A stretch of DNA of 64,000 bases from Takakia lepidozioides. Lineage: Eukaryota > Plantae > Bryophyta. Shown here in pieces: positions 1 to 13,700 of the stretch. Within the stretch, counting starts at the first letter, position 1, and every line of letters starts with the position of its first letter. The translations under genes were made by a program, and so were the position numbers. The stretch covers positions 37,138,001 through 37,202,000 of the forward strand of contig CM060731.1 of NCBI GenBank assembly GCA_030704615.1, in the 5' to 3' direction. A model generated the notes under the pieces. That model ran no database searches. It was not told the DNA's origin and was given only the letters and a program-made list of their open reading frames with translations.

Positions 1-899
1 AGAGCTTGTCCTCGTCTCTGTTATCTGTGATAAAGGTTCTACATGTAGGATCTCCGTCTGATCGCTGTGTGAAACCTCTTCGCGCTCAAGGACGCGGGGG
101 CATTGTCAACCAATCCCCACGCACATCTCTCCCGGTTATTTTCTGGTTACTTTTGGGCAGCCCGGGCAGATTCCAAAGAAATTGACGACGATGATGTGGC
201 TACGATTCCTGCTCTACGCCAAACTAGCTTCCGACCTTCAGTCGTCGCTAGAACTAGGGCTTGGCGTTGCTCCGCACTACTAGCGACGAATTCTGAGAAC
301 TATGTTCAATTTTAACAAAAAAAGGGGTGGGTCATCCCCTCGGTGTTACAAGCAGAGATCCCTTGTTTTGTTCTTTTTTGGGAAAAAAATGGCGGATCTG
401 CATTTCAATGTTCAATTTTCACAAGCCGCATCAATCAATAACAACATACCCATATACCCTTACATTCACTATATGAACTTTCAAGCATCCACCATGGGAT
501 TGGATGTTGGTGGGTTCAGGCTACCTTTTGACATATTCATGCATGTTCGTCAAGGGCTCCATCCAAAGCCACACCACGAGAAACAAACAAACATGTCCAA
601 ATTTAAGATGCTGAACAAACTTCTGCCCCTCTCATCAAGCTCATTAAAATTCGTATTCATTTCCATCTTCAAGCTTTGGAGAAGCTCCACCACCCAAACC
701 CAGACTAGGACAGCACTCTAATTTCCATCCACTGTCACCAGAATCAGTAAAAAATCACCCCTTCAGGCAAGTGCAATTGTGGGCTGACTTCCCACCTATG
801 TCGGGTAGACCCCACTATCAGGAAATGGTGGATGGTCTGAGTAGCTACACAGATCAATGAATGAAGCAAGACACTAGCATCTTTCCAAGAAACATCCTT

Positions 900-3800
900 T
901 CACCAGTAATCAGCACAAGAACAAATCCCATCTTCAAAGTGGTGGAAAGTAGTCAGCGTCCATACAACAATTGCTCGGCCAACAATCACACACTCGAAGA
1001 TTCTTGATGAGTCGTGCTGATCAGCCCAAACCAACGGCTAGCTTCTCACTGTGGTGGCAAAGAGAAAATTCCTTTCCTCCACATCATGCAATAAAAAGCG
1101 TGTGTACATACCCCGCCTCCTTCATCTGCCCAGACAATCTTCTCAGCTCAGCATCGATTTCCTTAATTCTGGGATGCAACTTGTCATCTGGCTCCTTTCT
1201 AACCCCTCTGACCTTCATCATTCTTCTCACCTTTGCAGTATCATCCCACCTGCCAGCTGCAGCATAGATGTTTGATATAGCAACACATAAGTCGCGGCAT
1301 CCTGTTCATCCCACTTGAGGATAGATGTTGCCACACATTCAGCCATCTCCACATTGCCATGGATTCTGCAGGCACCAAGCAAGGCCTTCCACACCACAAC
1401 ATCTGGATTGATTGGCATTTTATTAATCAGGGCCACTGCCTCATGTAGTTGTCTCGCACGCCAGAAGGTCCACCATGCAGCCAAAGTGCTTTACTGGCGG
1501 GGTGACACCATGATCTTGACTCAGGGAATCGAAGTAGCGTCTTCCTCATTCAGTAGGACAGTGTGGCTGCACGCAGAGAGAACACATATAAAGGTGATAC
1601 TGTCCGGCTTCAAGCCGTTCTTTTGCATTCCTTCAAATAGTTGCAGGACCTCCCTATGACAACCATGCTGGGCATATCCTGCGATCATCGCATTCCACGA
1701 CACCACATTTTATTCAGCCACATTGTCAAATACTCCCTTTGCATCCTCAACGCACCCACATTTCGCATACATGTCCACCAGGGCAGTGTCCAGAATGACA
1801 TTTGGTACAATTCCAGCTTTGATGATGTCACCATGCACCCTTTGCCCATTTCCAGGGCTGCCAGGCTTGCACAAGCATTGCAAATGCACACAAACGTGAT
1901 GTGGTTGGGCTTCACCCCTTCCCCCATCATTCCAAGGCCTCCATCCCACGCCCTTGCTGTGCATATCCTACAAGCATGGCGTTCCATGACACCAAATCTC
2001 GTTCAGCCATACTGTTGAACACTCCCTCCGCATCCTCAATGCTCCCACATTTGGTATACATGTCCACGAGGGTATTGTTCAAAATCACATCTGGTACAAT
2101 TCCAACTTTGGCGATGCAACCATGCACCTCTTTGCCCTTTTCCAGGGCTGCCAGGCCTGCACACGCACTGCAAACGCACACAAACGTGATGTGGTTGGGC
2201 TTCACCCCTTCCCCCATCATTTGCTCATAGGTCTCCAAAGCCTCCATCCCACGCCCATAGTGTTGAAATTAACTCCTTTCGCATCCTTAATGCACCCACA
2301 TTTGGCATACATGTCCACCAGGGAAGTGTTCACAATGACATCTGGTACAATTCCAGCTTTGACGATGTCACCATGGACCTCTTTCCCCTTTTCCAGAGCT
2401 TCCAGGCTTGCACACGCATTGCAAACACAAACAAATGTGATGTGGTTGGTTTTCACCCCTTTGCACATCATTTCCTCATAGGTCTCCAAAGCCTCCATCC
2501 CGCACGCTTGCTGTGCATACCTTGCAATCATCACACTCGACGACACCACATCACATTCGGCTATACTGTCAAACACTCCATTTGCATCCTTGATGCACCC
2601 ACATTTGACATACATGTCCACCAGGGCAGTGTTCAGAATGACATCGGGTACAATTCCAGATTTGATAATGTCACCTTGGACCTCTTTGCACTTTTCCAGG
2701 GCTGCCAGGCTTGCACACGCATTGCAAATGCAAACAAACGTCATGTGGTTGGGCTTCACCCCCTCCACACATCATTTGCTCATAGGTCTCCAAAGTCTCC
2801 ATCCCGCGCCCTTGCTGTGCATATCTTGCAATCATCGCACTCCACCACATCTCGTTCAGCCATACTGTTGAACACTCCCTTCATACATGTCCACGAGGGT
2901 ATTGTTCAGAATGACATTTGGTACAACTGCAGCTCTGACCATGTCGCCATGGACCTCTTTGCCCTTTTCCAGAGCTTCCAGGCTTGCACACGCATTGCAA
3001 ATGCACAGAAACGTGATGTGGTCGGGCTTCACCCTTTCCCCCATCATTTGATCATAGGTCTCCAAAGCCTCCCTACCACGTCCCTGCCGTGGATACCCTG
3101 CAAGCATCGTGTTCCATGACACCACATCTCGTTCAGCCATAGTGTTGAAAACTCCCTTCGCATCCTTAATGCACCCACATTTGGCATACATGTCCACCAG
3201 GGTAGTGTTCCCAATGACATCTGGTACAATTCCAGCTTTGACGATGTCATCATGGACCTCTTTCCCCTTTTCCAGGGCTCCCAGGCTTGCACACGCATTG
3301 CAAACACAAATGAACGTGATGTGGTTGGGCTTCACCCCTTCGCGCATCATTTGCTCACCACATCAAGGTGCCCTCACCAGATTGTCCTTGACAATTCAGT
3401 ATGCATCTCAGGGCCGAGTCTGATGAGAGGGTAAAACAGGCTGAAATAGGTCGAAGAAGAAGGTGCCCTCACCACATTGGCCTTGACCTTGTGGCACCAC
3501 CCATGGAGGATTTGACCACCCATGCTTGGTAAATCCTGCCAACATTATATTCCACGTGATCAAAGATCGTTGAGGCATTCTGTTGAACACTTGGTGAGCA
3601 TCCATGATGCTCCCGCACTTAACATACATGTTGACAAGGGTGTTGAGTAGAAAAACATTTTGCATGAATCCACTTTGGATAATGTGAGTGTGCACCTGCT
3701 TTCCAACTGCCTTTCATCTTGATGCACTTATGCAAGAGACAGACATACGTATCTGAATCTGCTGAAATGCCTCCTTGGTTTAAAGTCTGTAGAGCCTCTT

Positions 3801-3954
3801 TCAGTCTGCCTGCCTCACAAAGCATCTTCACATGCCCAGAAGTGCCAGAAGAGGCAATGTGGACTCCCTCTCTTGATCCTCTTCCAGAAGCTGTGGTCAT
3901 GGTTGAGGTGCCTGATTTTATCAACTGTGCCGCTGCAGCTGACCATCTACGCAT
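900..3954 (-). pseudogene. PLS-class PPR protein with E and DYW domains (organellar C-to-U RNA-editing factor type), frameshifted/disrupted
   Basis: Repeated P-L-S triplets (e.g. LVDMYAKCG.../RDVVSWN.M.AGY/GVKPNHITF.CVCNACASL) split over several ORFs. E-domain text MPINPDVVVWKALLGACRIHGN at ~1300-1420. CHHSEKL at ~1040-1060. C-terminal FHHFEDGICSCADYW* ending at 900-902. The PG box region appears deleted and there are many frameshifts. Confidence 0.9.
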
Positions 3955-4329
3955 GCAGGTTTCTTGTAGCTATTGATCCACAGGGAATCATACGTAATCT
4001 TAGTGCTTGAAATCTGGCCCTCTTGGATCAATCTGGACCCACACTCTATCCCTTCTCCTTCAGCTATCCATGCCTCTGCACAAATTCACTGTCATCTAAC
4101 AGGGATTCAACTTTTTGCCTCAGTTGTCCCACCATTGACTGGGGTCAACATTGTATTCATTCCACACCTTCTCCTCATCTCTGTTACATGTTTTTGGATA
4201 CTTTCCTGTTATCACATTGGCAGTATCATGTCAAAGTCACTCCAAACCAGATTCACTCAACCAGCTAACTTGCAGAATTCAACATCGAAATTTAGGGCCG
4301 ATTCTGACAAGAGGGAAAAACAGGGTGAA

Positions 4330-5105
4330 ATGTGTTGAAGAAGGTGCCTTCATTAGCAGTGCCTTGTTCTATCATTGTGCAGCTGCCGCTGCTGTTTCCA
4401 GTTGACCATCTACCCAACGACCTAACTTACAGAATTCAATATGCGTCTCAGGGCATTCGTTGGTGCGTCTGCTACTCTCTGTAATCTAACAGGTATTCAC
4501 CTTTTTGCCTCGATTGCACCTGACTATAGACCTCTATGCAGCACCGCCAGGCTCCTTCCTGACACCTCTGCCTCACATCATCCTCCTCACCTTTGCGGCA
4601 TCGTCCCACCTGCCAGCTGCAGCATAGACGTTGGATAGAAGCACATACGTTGCCGTATCCTGCGGATCCCACTCAAGAAGGTATTTTGCTGCACGTTCTG
4701 CCACCTCCAGATTCCCATGAATTCTGCAAGCACCAAGCAAAGTCCCCCAGACTGTAGCAGCTGGTTCGCTTGGCATTTTCTTGATGAAGTCCTCTGCCTC
4801 ATCCACATGCCCTGCACGGCCTAGAAGGTCCACCATGCAGCCAAAATACTTTGAGCTTGACTCATAGAATCAAAGTAATGACTGCCTTCATCTACTAGTC
4901 CCACATACACCCAACTCAGCTTATCACACAGTTCCTATGCTCAATTGCGTCTGCTACTCCCTGTAATCTAACAGGCATTCACCTTTTTGCCTCGATTGCA
5001 CCTGACTATAGACCTCTATGCAGCACCGACCAGGTTCCCTCCTGACACCTCTGTCCCACATCCTCCTCCTCACCTTTGCAGATTCGTCCCACCTGCCAGC
5101 TGCCA
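4330..5105 (-). pseudogene. Duplicated PPR fragments (last S motif + E domain at 4573-4836; partial copy 4946-5105; copy of the PPR N-terminus near 4340-4415)
   Basis: ORF MVDLLGRAGHVDEAEDFIKKMPSEPAATVWGTLLGACRIHGN...YVLLSNVYAAAGRWDDAAKVR. 4460-4625 is repeated at ~4950-5105. Confidence 0.8.
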
Positions 5106-5387
5106 GCTTCTTGGGTGGTCTGCAAATGCTGGTCTGTGGTCTCCCCCAAGAATCTTGTAAACATCAGGAAGAAAACCAAATCATGGTACTAACAGGAGCC
5201 AAGAGCCCACCTTTGCAGGATGGACAAACTTCTTCACATCGTGCATTAAGAAAAAGCACCTTGCGATTGCGGTTGTCCCACCATCGTGCAAATTCTAGGT
5301 GAGAGCTCCTGCGGTGTACTCATAATCTGCAAATGAGCAATAGAGCTGGGATCAACTGACTGACGGTCGCAGTATGCATGCATGAGC

Positions 5388-5633
5388 TTTCGAAGTGTGG
5401 CTGTGCTCTTAATCCTGAAAAAACCCTCCCCTCCATCCTACACATTGCAGCATCTTCGGCCATTCGTTACTAGACCCATACAAATTCTCCTTCACAACAC
5501 CTTCTCCAACCTTCGAAGTGTGGCTGTACTCTTAATCCTGAAAAAACCCTCCCCGCCATCCTACACATTGCAGCATCTTCGGCCATTCGTTACTAGACCC
5601 ATACAAATTCTCCTTCACAACACCTTCTCCAAC
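5388..5633. repeat. Tandem direct duplication, ~122-bp unit x2
   Basis: ttcgaagtgtggctgt...acaacaccttctccaacc occurs twice back to back. Confidence 0.9.
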
Positions 5634-5953
5634 CACCCGAAATTACCACAATTCTCGCAGCTTTCTTCACGTCACCCCCCCCCCCCCCACCCTTTCCAAC
5701 TCAAACTCTCTTTATGTTCAAAATATTCGTAAAGAGTTTCGCACACGTCTTTTCAAGACGAATGTACTTCTTTCTCTCTGAGTTGACATCCACATTCCTT
5801 TGAAGTTTCAGGAAACAGAAACTTTCCCGGCTTCAAGCCAAAACCCTGAAGACGACGAAGACTACATCCCTACGTAAACCATTCTCTACGATCCTAACGA
5901 TTTCAAGCCCAACAGGGAAACAACCCATACAAAAATGCCACGGGCTTCCATAC

Positions 5954-6061
5954 CTGACCCTTCACTTGCATATTAATGTGACCTCCCCCCTCCAAAGGCT
6001 TCTTCTCCTCCTCGTTGTGAATTTCTCCTGCATAGTTGGTGCTATCCTCCACACCAGCCAT
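5954..6061 (-). CDS. SUMO-like first coding exon (downstream exons not found in window)
   Basis: ATG at 6061 gives MAGVEDSTNYAGEIHNEEEKKPLEGGGHINMQVKGQ followed by a CAG|GTATGG donor. This matches the plant SUMO N-terminus (EEDKKP...HINLKVKGQ) and its usual first-intron position. Confidence 0.75.
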
Positions 6062-7753
6062 AATTCCAACAACCACTCGAAGCGCACACAGGCAGACGCG
6101 CACAGAGACACGCAAGACAGCGAGCGAGAAAGAAGCGGCAGCGCATGAGTGACAAGCTCGGTGATTTCGGTGATTTCGGGCAGGGTCCAAGAAAATGTGG
6201 CGACGATGACGTGGCACTATGGCACCCTATTCCTGCTCTAGCTTCCGACCTTCGGTCTTCGCTAGAATATTGTTAGAGGATAAATCAGAAAAAAATGAAT
6301 GTGAAGGTCTTTTTCCTCGTCAGACCTAGATCTATAGGCCATCTATTACACACCCAGAATGACCATTTTGAAATATAGAAATGAGCATACCAAGCACAAA
6401 TTTTTATATATCATTTAATGTACTTTGGGTATGTAAAAGGTTAACTATTTATCTATATATATATATTTTAAGAAAACAATGGGAGCCTTCTTACTAAATC
6501 ATACTGAGGAAAAAATTCATTTATCTTTACTCTAAGAGTAATACTCTTATGTATATAATTTTTATCCTAGGATAAATGAATTGTTAAATTTTTATTATCC
6601 ATTCCATAGACAAAATAAGTGGACCTATAAATAATCTTGCCTGGTTAAACCAAAATCTATTTATCCACAACACCGGTCATAACATTATTCAATTTTTTTG
6701 TAGTTTTGTGTGAATCTTTAGCTAGTAGGTTATGGGTGTTATATCTATATTTTTAAATTAGAAAATAAAAACCAACCAAGTTAGTACTGAAAAGGTTGAA
6801 ATTATAATTCACCATTCACATGATTACTTTTTGGAATGAAACTTCCGGTGAGTCATGTGTCACTCCAAAAAATGAAAAATCAATCAAAAATTCATGGAAG
6901 TGTACAATTCATCATTCGCATGATTAATTCTTTGGGATAAAACTTTCAATGAGTCAGAGGGTTGTTCTTTTTCATATTTTCAAAATCGCCTCAGGGGCCA
7001 CATGTAAATTCTACCCAGCACACATGTGACGAGAATAACGTGATGGCAGGGTTATAAATGTGGCTATATAGCATGTTACATAATTTAAACAGGTCCACGT
7101 AGGCAAAATCAGGTTCATGATATTCAATTGAAGATGCTATTTGGCAAATGTTTTGATGTTTGCCCCTCATAATGCTTTCGTACAAGTGGCCGACCCATTT
7201 TCCAGATCAAAATCTGGCGACTTTTTGCCACAAAAAGAGCACTGTTGAACCACAAGTATATATATTCATTTGTCATCCCAAAAAAGGAATATCATGTGTT
7301 TCCCAAAAAATTTGAAAATCAGTTCATTGAAGTGTTGATCTTACAGTTCACCATTCACATGATTTATTTTTAGAATGGAACTTTCGGTGAGACATGAGTA
7401 AATATATATGTCATCCCAAAAAACAAAGAACAAAAAAAAACCAACCAAACTCATGGAAAGGCCAAACCTACCCATCACCATTCATATTTGATGTTTTTTA
7501 ATTTTTAATTTGTTTTTAAGGAGGATGTATCACAAACTCAGATTATGAACGCAGCAGTGAGAATCGCAACTGATCCTTCCCTGCAAAGACTACTAACTGG
7601 CAGATACCCACCAACACCATGTCCCAAACCCAGTTGATGGACGCCCGCCACTGAGCCTATGATCCAAGTAAATTGGCAAAGAAGTCACCACAAAGCGCAG
7701 CTGTGATGAGACATTATAATACGATGCATGTTCGCTAATCCTTCTGCAGATTT

Positions 7754-10700
7754 CTAGTCACTGTCGCCGTCATGAGTTCCAAGTCACCATCGTAAGTGTA
7801 TAACTGAGGGCCAAACAAGGTCTGTGGCAAAGCTACAACCTTTTCCCTGTAGTACAACTTTCTGGGGGTGGAGAATTTCTTTAATACCTGCACCCAGGTT
7901 TAGTTGTGTTAGAAATTATAACATCATCAGTTTCTGGTGTGCCTTGGGAGGCTAAAGGGTAGAGGGAGACCAGGGAACAAGGGTAGGTTTGGAGAGGAGC
8001 TTCGTCATTCAGTCAGCTGCTATCTAAGACATGCCCCTTCTTGTTTACAAATTAAGAGACAACCAAGCATGTACTTCACAAAGACAAAGAGAAGTACTTA
8101 CTTCAACAGTGGCCTCTACAAGTGCTCCTCTCTCCCATCGGACGCTTACAGTAAGTGCCCCCCTTCCCCGTAATCCTGTCACAGAGCCGTACGGCCATTT
8201 GTTGGTAGGCAAGGCTGGAAGCAAATACAAATTGCTTTCATCACTTTGAACCAACATTTCTGCTATTGCTGCGGCAAACCTGCAATCACACCAAAGCCAA
8301 TATATTAGCATCTCCATTTGTCGGTCAGAAGCTCTATTACAAACCACAGAGAATCAAATTCATAGTGACAAAAGAACCCTTTCATGCCAGTCTAAGGTTC
8401 ATGCCAAAAACTGATGGGGCCTGTCTATCCATTTCTCACCAATGGGCCTTCACGTTTATTACCCCTCCATCAACATCTGAGGGAACAATTAACAGATGCA
8501 CTCCACATGAATTGGAAAGAGCCAAATGTTTGATATCCTCACCTACCCAAAATTTCCATCAATTTGGAATGGGGGATGCGCATTGAAAAGATTTGCATAG
8601 ACGCCCCCACCATCAAAGCCTTCCCCAGTCTCAGTAGCGGCAATGAGAGTGAACATGCGCTTTACCATGGAATAGGCATGCCCACTATCCCAAAGACGTG
8701 CCCAAAGTGCTGTCGTCCAGGCCATTGACCACCCAGGCCCCATTTCCCCTGAGTGACCAGCAATGATATAGAGTTAAAAAGGCAATAGGAGAGGTGCCAT
8801 GCTGCAGATAGGAAAATAATTGACATTCTTTGTGCAGGTGGTAGATCTGAACATTCTTCCTCATTCAGGTTGCACTTGGGTGCTTCTATACCCTATGCCT
8901 GGTCAGCATTTCTTGGCTTAGAAAGGTTTTCATGGATGTGTTGGTTATGAACTTTGTTCTGGAACATTTCCCCTTGACCTCCCAAAAGAATTAAAGTTCA
9001 ACTCGGTATCCAGACTTGACTAACTTGAACTTGAACAAGTTAGATCTTAAGGAAAAGAGAGGTTTTGGTTCGTTTAGACAAGTTTTAAAAAAATTGCTGC
9101 TAATCTTTGAAGAATACACGATCCCCCATTATAAAGCCTGCATATACATCACCTTCAAAGACCTGCAGATATTTCCTCATCCCTGTGGAGAGAATCCCAA
9201 TGCCAGAGGCACAACAGCAGGATAAATCTGTTTATGCTGTCTCCAGGGATATAAGCAGTAAAGGGCTGAAAAAGATACCTCTCTTCAACATGCTTTTGAC
9301 AGCGGCCTGGCAGAGCTCAGGGGTAGTATAAACTGTGAGGGAGTGGCCCGGGTAGAGACCAAACAGATGTGACATGTGTCGATGCTGCTCCTCTGGGTCT
9401 CTGAATTCCTTGACCTATTACATTAAAGATCTGAAGGTTGATCCAATGCTGGGGGCATTTGCCAATGAAAACATCCACTGAAAATACAGCAGAATAGCGA
9501 AATTGGGACTATACTCAACTAGGACAAGGTGCAACAATGGATAAGGGGGGAAATGATTTACCTTACACCAATTCTCGAAGATGGACTCAGAGCAAGGTAT
9601 TCAATAAAGAGGTGGTGCTGTAAGCTATGAATTATATCTCTGGCCCAGCAATAGGTTTCCAAAAGCAAGGAGAAGGGGTTCCATATACTCACCCATTCCA
9701 TTAAGAGGCCATCACTCCCAATCTTTGGAGGGAGCAAGTGATCGAGTGCCTTCGTTATTTTTGGCAGAAACTCCTCTTCAACCTCTCCTAGGACCTACGC
9801 ACACATGCAACCTCTCCTTGAGCAGCTCTTCATCCATTGCCTGAGCTGTGTTCTCTACGTGATCCAACCTATAATACCCAAACCTACGGTTTACAAGTCT
9901 CCAATGTGTAGAAGAGTTTCGAAATGAATCCTCACTATCTCCAACCGAAAGTAACAAAGGGATCTACAGGACTAAAAAATAGACTTTTCCTTCTAACGAA
10001 GTTCAGATCTGATACCACCATGTAAAACATGCCATGTCTGTGGCAACAAATTTCCAGTGCACATTTTATTTGATCTACAATGATATACATGCCAATACCT
10101 GTCACTGACCTTGGAAGCTAAAATAATGGCAGAGAAGAGACTGTGGATTATGGCCATGTCCATGGTGGTTCCATAGCTCACGCTCGCTGTCTCGCCTTCT
10201 GGAGCTATGAAGTGGTGTTCAGGTGAGGTTGAGGGATTTGTCACCAGGTATCCATTACCATCATCCACTAACCAGTCAACCAAAAACGCCATGCACCCTT
10301 TCAGCAATGGGACAGTTTTGTCCCTTAAAAAAATCTGCCAAACAGTTGCCAGCTAGTTAAAACTTAGTTTTAAGATGCATATCTTTGTGGGATGCAAGTT
10401 TACTTGCTGTTCATTTCAGAGTGGTCTTGATTCAACGTCAGAAATCAGGAAAGATCTGATTTCTATCTCAGAACAGGAACCTAAGCCCAGACATTTCAGG
10501 GAGTTCCTCCATATTGTATCCGCTGCTTTAATAGTAATGCAGAGAGCCAAATTGACAAATCATAAGTAATTTTAGATATTCTGTAGTCATCCAAATGATA
10601 GAACAAATGATACGAGTGTTTTCACCATTTGGTTTTGTCAATTTAAGTGCATCGAGATGATGTTCCACCCCAATAACCCACAACAGGTTAGCTAAAGCTT

Positions 10701-13700
10701 CATCCTGATGAGAAACTGTGTTTCCTTGCTTGAAGGTGAAACTTGCAGCAGCTGCAACTTACCCTCTCTGTATAGGAATTGTGGTCTAGCCTCACTGCCC
10801 AAACTCTGCAAGTATATATGCATTACCTCATCCAAAGAGAACGTGTAGTGCTCCCACAAATGCAGGGAGAGCCAAGCTCCGCCCATTGGCCACAGTGCCC
10901 AGACAGGGTCACCACTAACAGGTGCTGTCTGCGCCCAGATGTCAGCATTATGGTGGCAAACCCAACCCCCCAGACCATATTGTACCTGCCATTCAGATAA
11001 ATATGTGCACAGAGATCAGGACCAGGTAAAACCTGTACAAAAGTAAACCACCAACAAATGAAAGAAGCCCCTGTCCCACTTTCAGGACATCTCTGCAAAG
11101 ATTAAGAATCAGCCAAAGCAGAAAGTACATATATCTATTCGTACCAACATGGTACTTCTCAGCTAAACTCTTACAAACTTGCTGCTGTTCAGAGCATCTT
11201 GGGGTAAACCACTGGAACTTGCTTGTAAACAGTCTCAGCACCATCAGAGAAAGTCCAAGATACTATGGCTTATACGGGGAACCTCTACTTCCTGAGAAAC
11301 TTCCCAAACCTTCAAAACTCACTAATATGGAGGTTGAAAGAATAAGGTAATCCTTCTAACAATAGCTTGCAACCGTCTTGCTTGAATGCCAGGAGTTTAA
11401 AAGGGTGGTAGATAGATTCATGAAGAAAACTGCAGTGAAGATTCTTTAAGATGACAAAGGAGCAAAGCATTTAACCAATGCTAACCAATTTGAAGAAGCT
11501 TAAGTCCAGACATACTCTCGCTGTCGTAGTGCCGGCAACAGCCAGAGCTGCAAGGAAGTCAAAGAGAGGTTGATGGCATTCAGGAAGGTTGCATGTCTCA
11601 GCAGGCCAGTAGTTCATTTCCAGATTTATGTTAAGTGTGGGGCAGCACCTGCATTCCCTTCCCTGATCAGAGTTCAAAACTTAGGTGTTTTGTTCCTTTG
11701 CCTCTGCTTCCCTTGACACCCTTCCCTCTGAAGCATCCATGAACATCACATGTCCAATGCTAGCTCTACAAAGTTTCAGCCACGAAGGCAACAGAAGAGA
11801 AATGCAAATTTATAGAATAGAAGACAAAAAACAAAGTTTCTTACGTCCACAGATGCCCTCTCTGCCTATGGATAAGGTGGAATACCAGGAGGAAACAAAA
11901 GAAATGGTACTCATTGAGTGCACTGTAAATACTGGCTGTTACTTAACTGCGGAATAACCTTGCATGGATACTAAATTCCCATGAGCCAGTTGAGAGAGAA
12001 AGAAAGAAATTTACTAGATATCTGCCAGGAACACAAGAACAACAGCACAGTAACAAGGAGCCCCGAGGGCTCGTAGGAGAAAGTAAAACAACAAGAAGCC
12101 ACTTTAGAAAACACCAGATGACATGGGGAGGCGAGGTGCCTCACGCATGTAGGCTGCCAAGCACTTTGGCTCCTTAAAGCTGAAAGCTTCTGCCAAAGAC
12201 CGGGAATCCCAAAAGAGACGATCGTATCCTCCTTGGATCTCATAGTATGCAGGACAGGAGAAGAAGAGATGGTACTGTGTCTCTACTTCCTGGGTGGTAC
12301 AGACAGGACAGAGTCTTGCCACATGTCAAGAGCGAAGAGATTGACCTCCAAGCTGGATGTAGCTTATTGCTCCACAGCCCTTGCAAATTTGACACAAAAG
12401 TTCCTGGTCGGGACGATGCAATGAGCAAGTAGCGCCCAAACTGATACAGCAAGACCACCATTGCTGGATCTTCATTTTCCTTAAACCTCAGCACCCTCTC
12501 CTTTGTTGATAGTCTCTTCTCTACCTTCTTGAACAGTTGAGGGGATTCTGCAGCCTCAGATATACACACTCTGCCCATGTCTTTGTCCAAAGGGGTTGAT
12601 TTATCAGAGGGTTTCACATCCTGGGCAACAGTGAGAGAGCAAGCGATTTCTCCCCTAGAGTCAGAAATTTTGATTGTATCCTGAGTAATATTTCTGTTGA
12701 CTTCTCCCTTTCCAAGGTCCTGCCACTCCCCAAGGCTCGACTCGACTTGTGGTGCTGCTCTCTTCTCTTTATAACTTTCTTCCACTCTCTCTTGCCACCA
12801 AGATGAAAAGACACCCGCTGGAAAAGAGGCTGGTAATCAGCCAAGTGGGCACCAAGAAGCTCCTCAAATGAAAGACCCCCGAGAGCTTTAAGGGTATCCA
12901 AGGCTATTGATGTCGGATCCCTCGCTGAATCATTGGGATCTTTGAACGGGCCGTCAAAAGAAGAGCATGCTGCTATATACAACACAGCCCAGTCTGCTCC
13001 TTCCACTCTCAGCATCTGCTTATTCAGTACTTCTATAGTTCCTGACCCAGCACTGACCTGCACTTTCAAGACTGCTGCAAATGACATTCCCGCCCTCTGC
13101 CCTGTGTCATTTTGGTTCATGGTAGATCCACCATCACCAGGACAATGGCCCTTCAAACTGATGTACTTTGAGCCAGTAATCTCTGTTTTCTGGAGCAATT
13201 GGCTGTCCAGTTTCACTGAGAAAGAGACTGCGCCTGCCTTGCTGGCACCAACCCGCATGGCAATGACGTGGTGAGGGTAAGAACAAAAAACCTCCCGAAG
13301 GTAGGCCGTGTTGTCTACTGTGTAATTCACAGACACCAGGGCGGTGTCCAGATCAAGCTGTCGATGGTAGCTCTGGGTATCATAGGCCCGATGTGCCTTC
13401 CCAAAGTCAAGCTTCATATCCCCCAATGGTTGGTACACCTACGCTCCAGAGGATTACAGTTTAGCCTGGAGATTTTAGGGTTCATCTGGGGTCCTTACCC
13501 AAGAGCGGGTATAATTCACCAGGGGGCAGATGTTTTTGGCCCTCATAGGGCTGACACTGTGCACGAACTTTGTGAAAATAGACAATCAATATGCTCCCTT
13601 GTGAATTGTCACCAGTTACTGTCAAGACTAGAGACTAGAGCACGATGATGCAAAAAAACCATTCTCCTTCTTGTCATTGGAACAGATTTTTTCTCTTTTT

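Noticed and set aside
1315-3434. Multiple + strand ORFs over the PPR locus
   Set aside because: Antisense shadows of the repetitive PPR coding strand.
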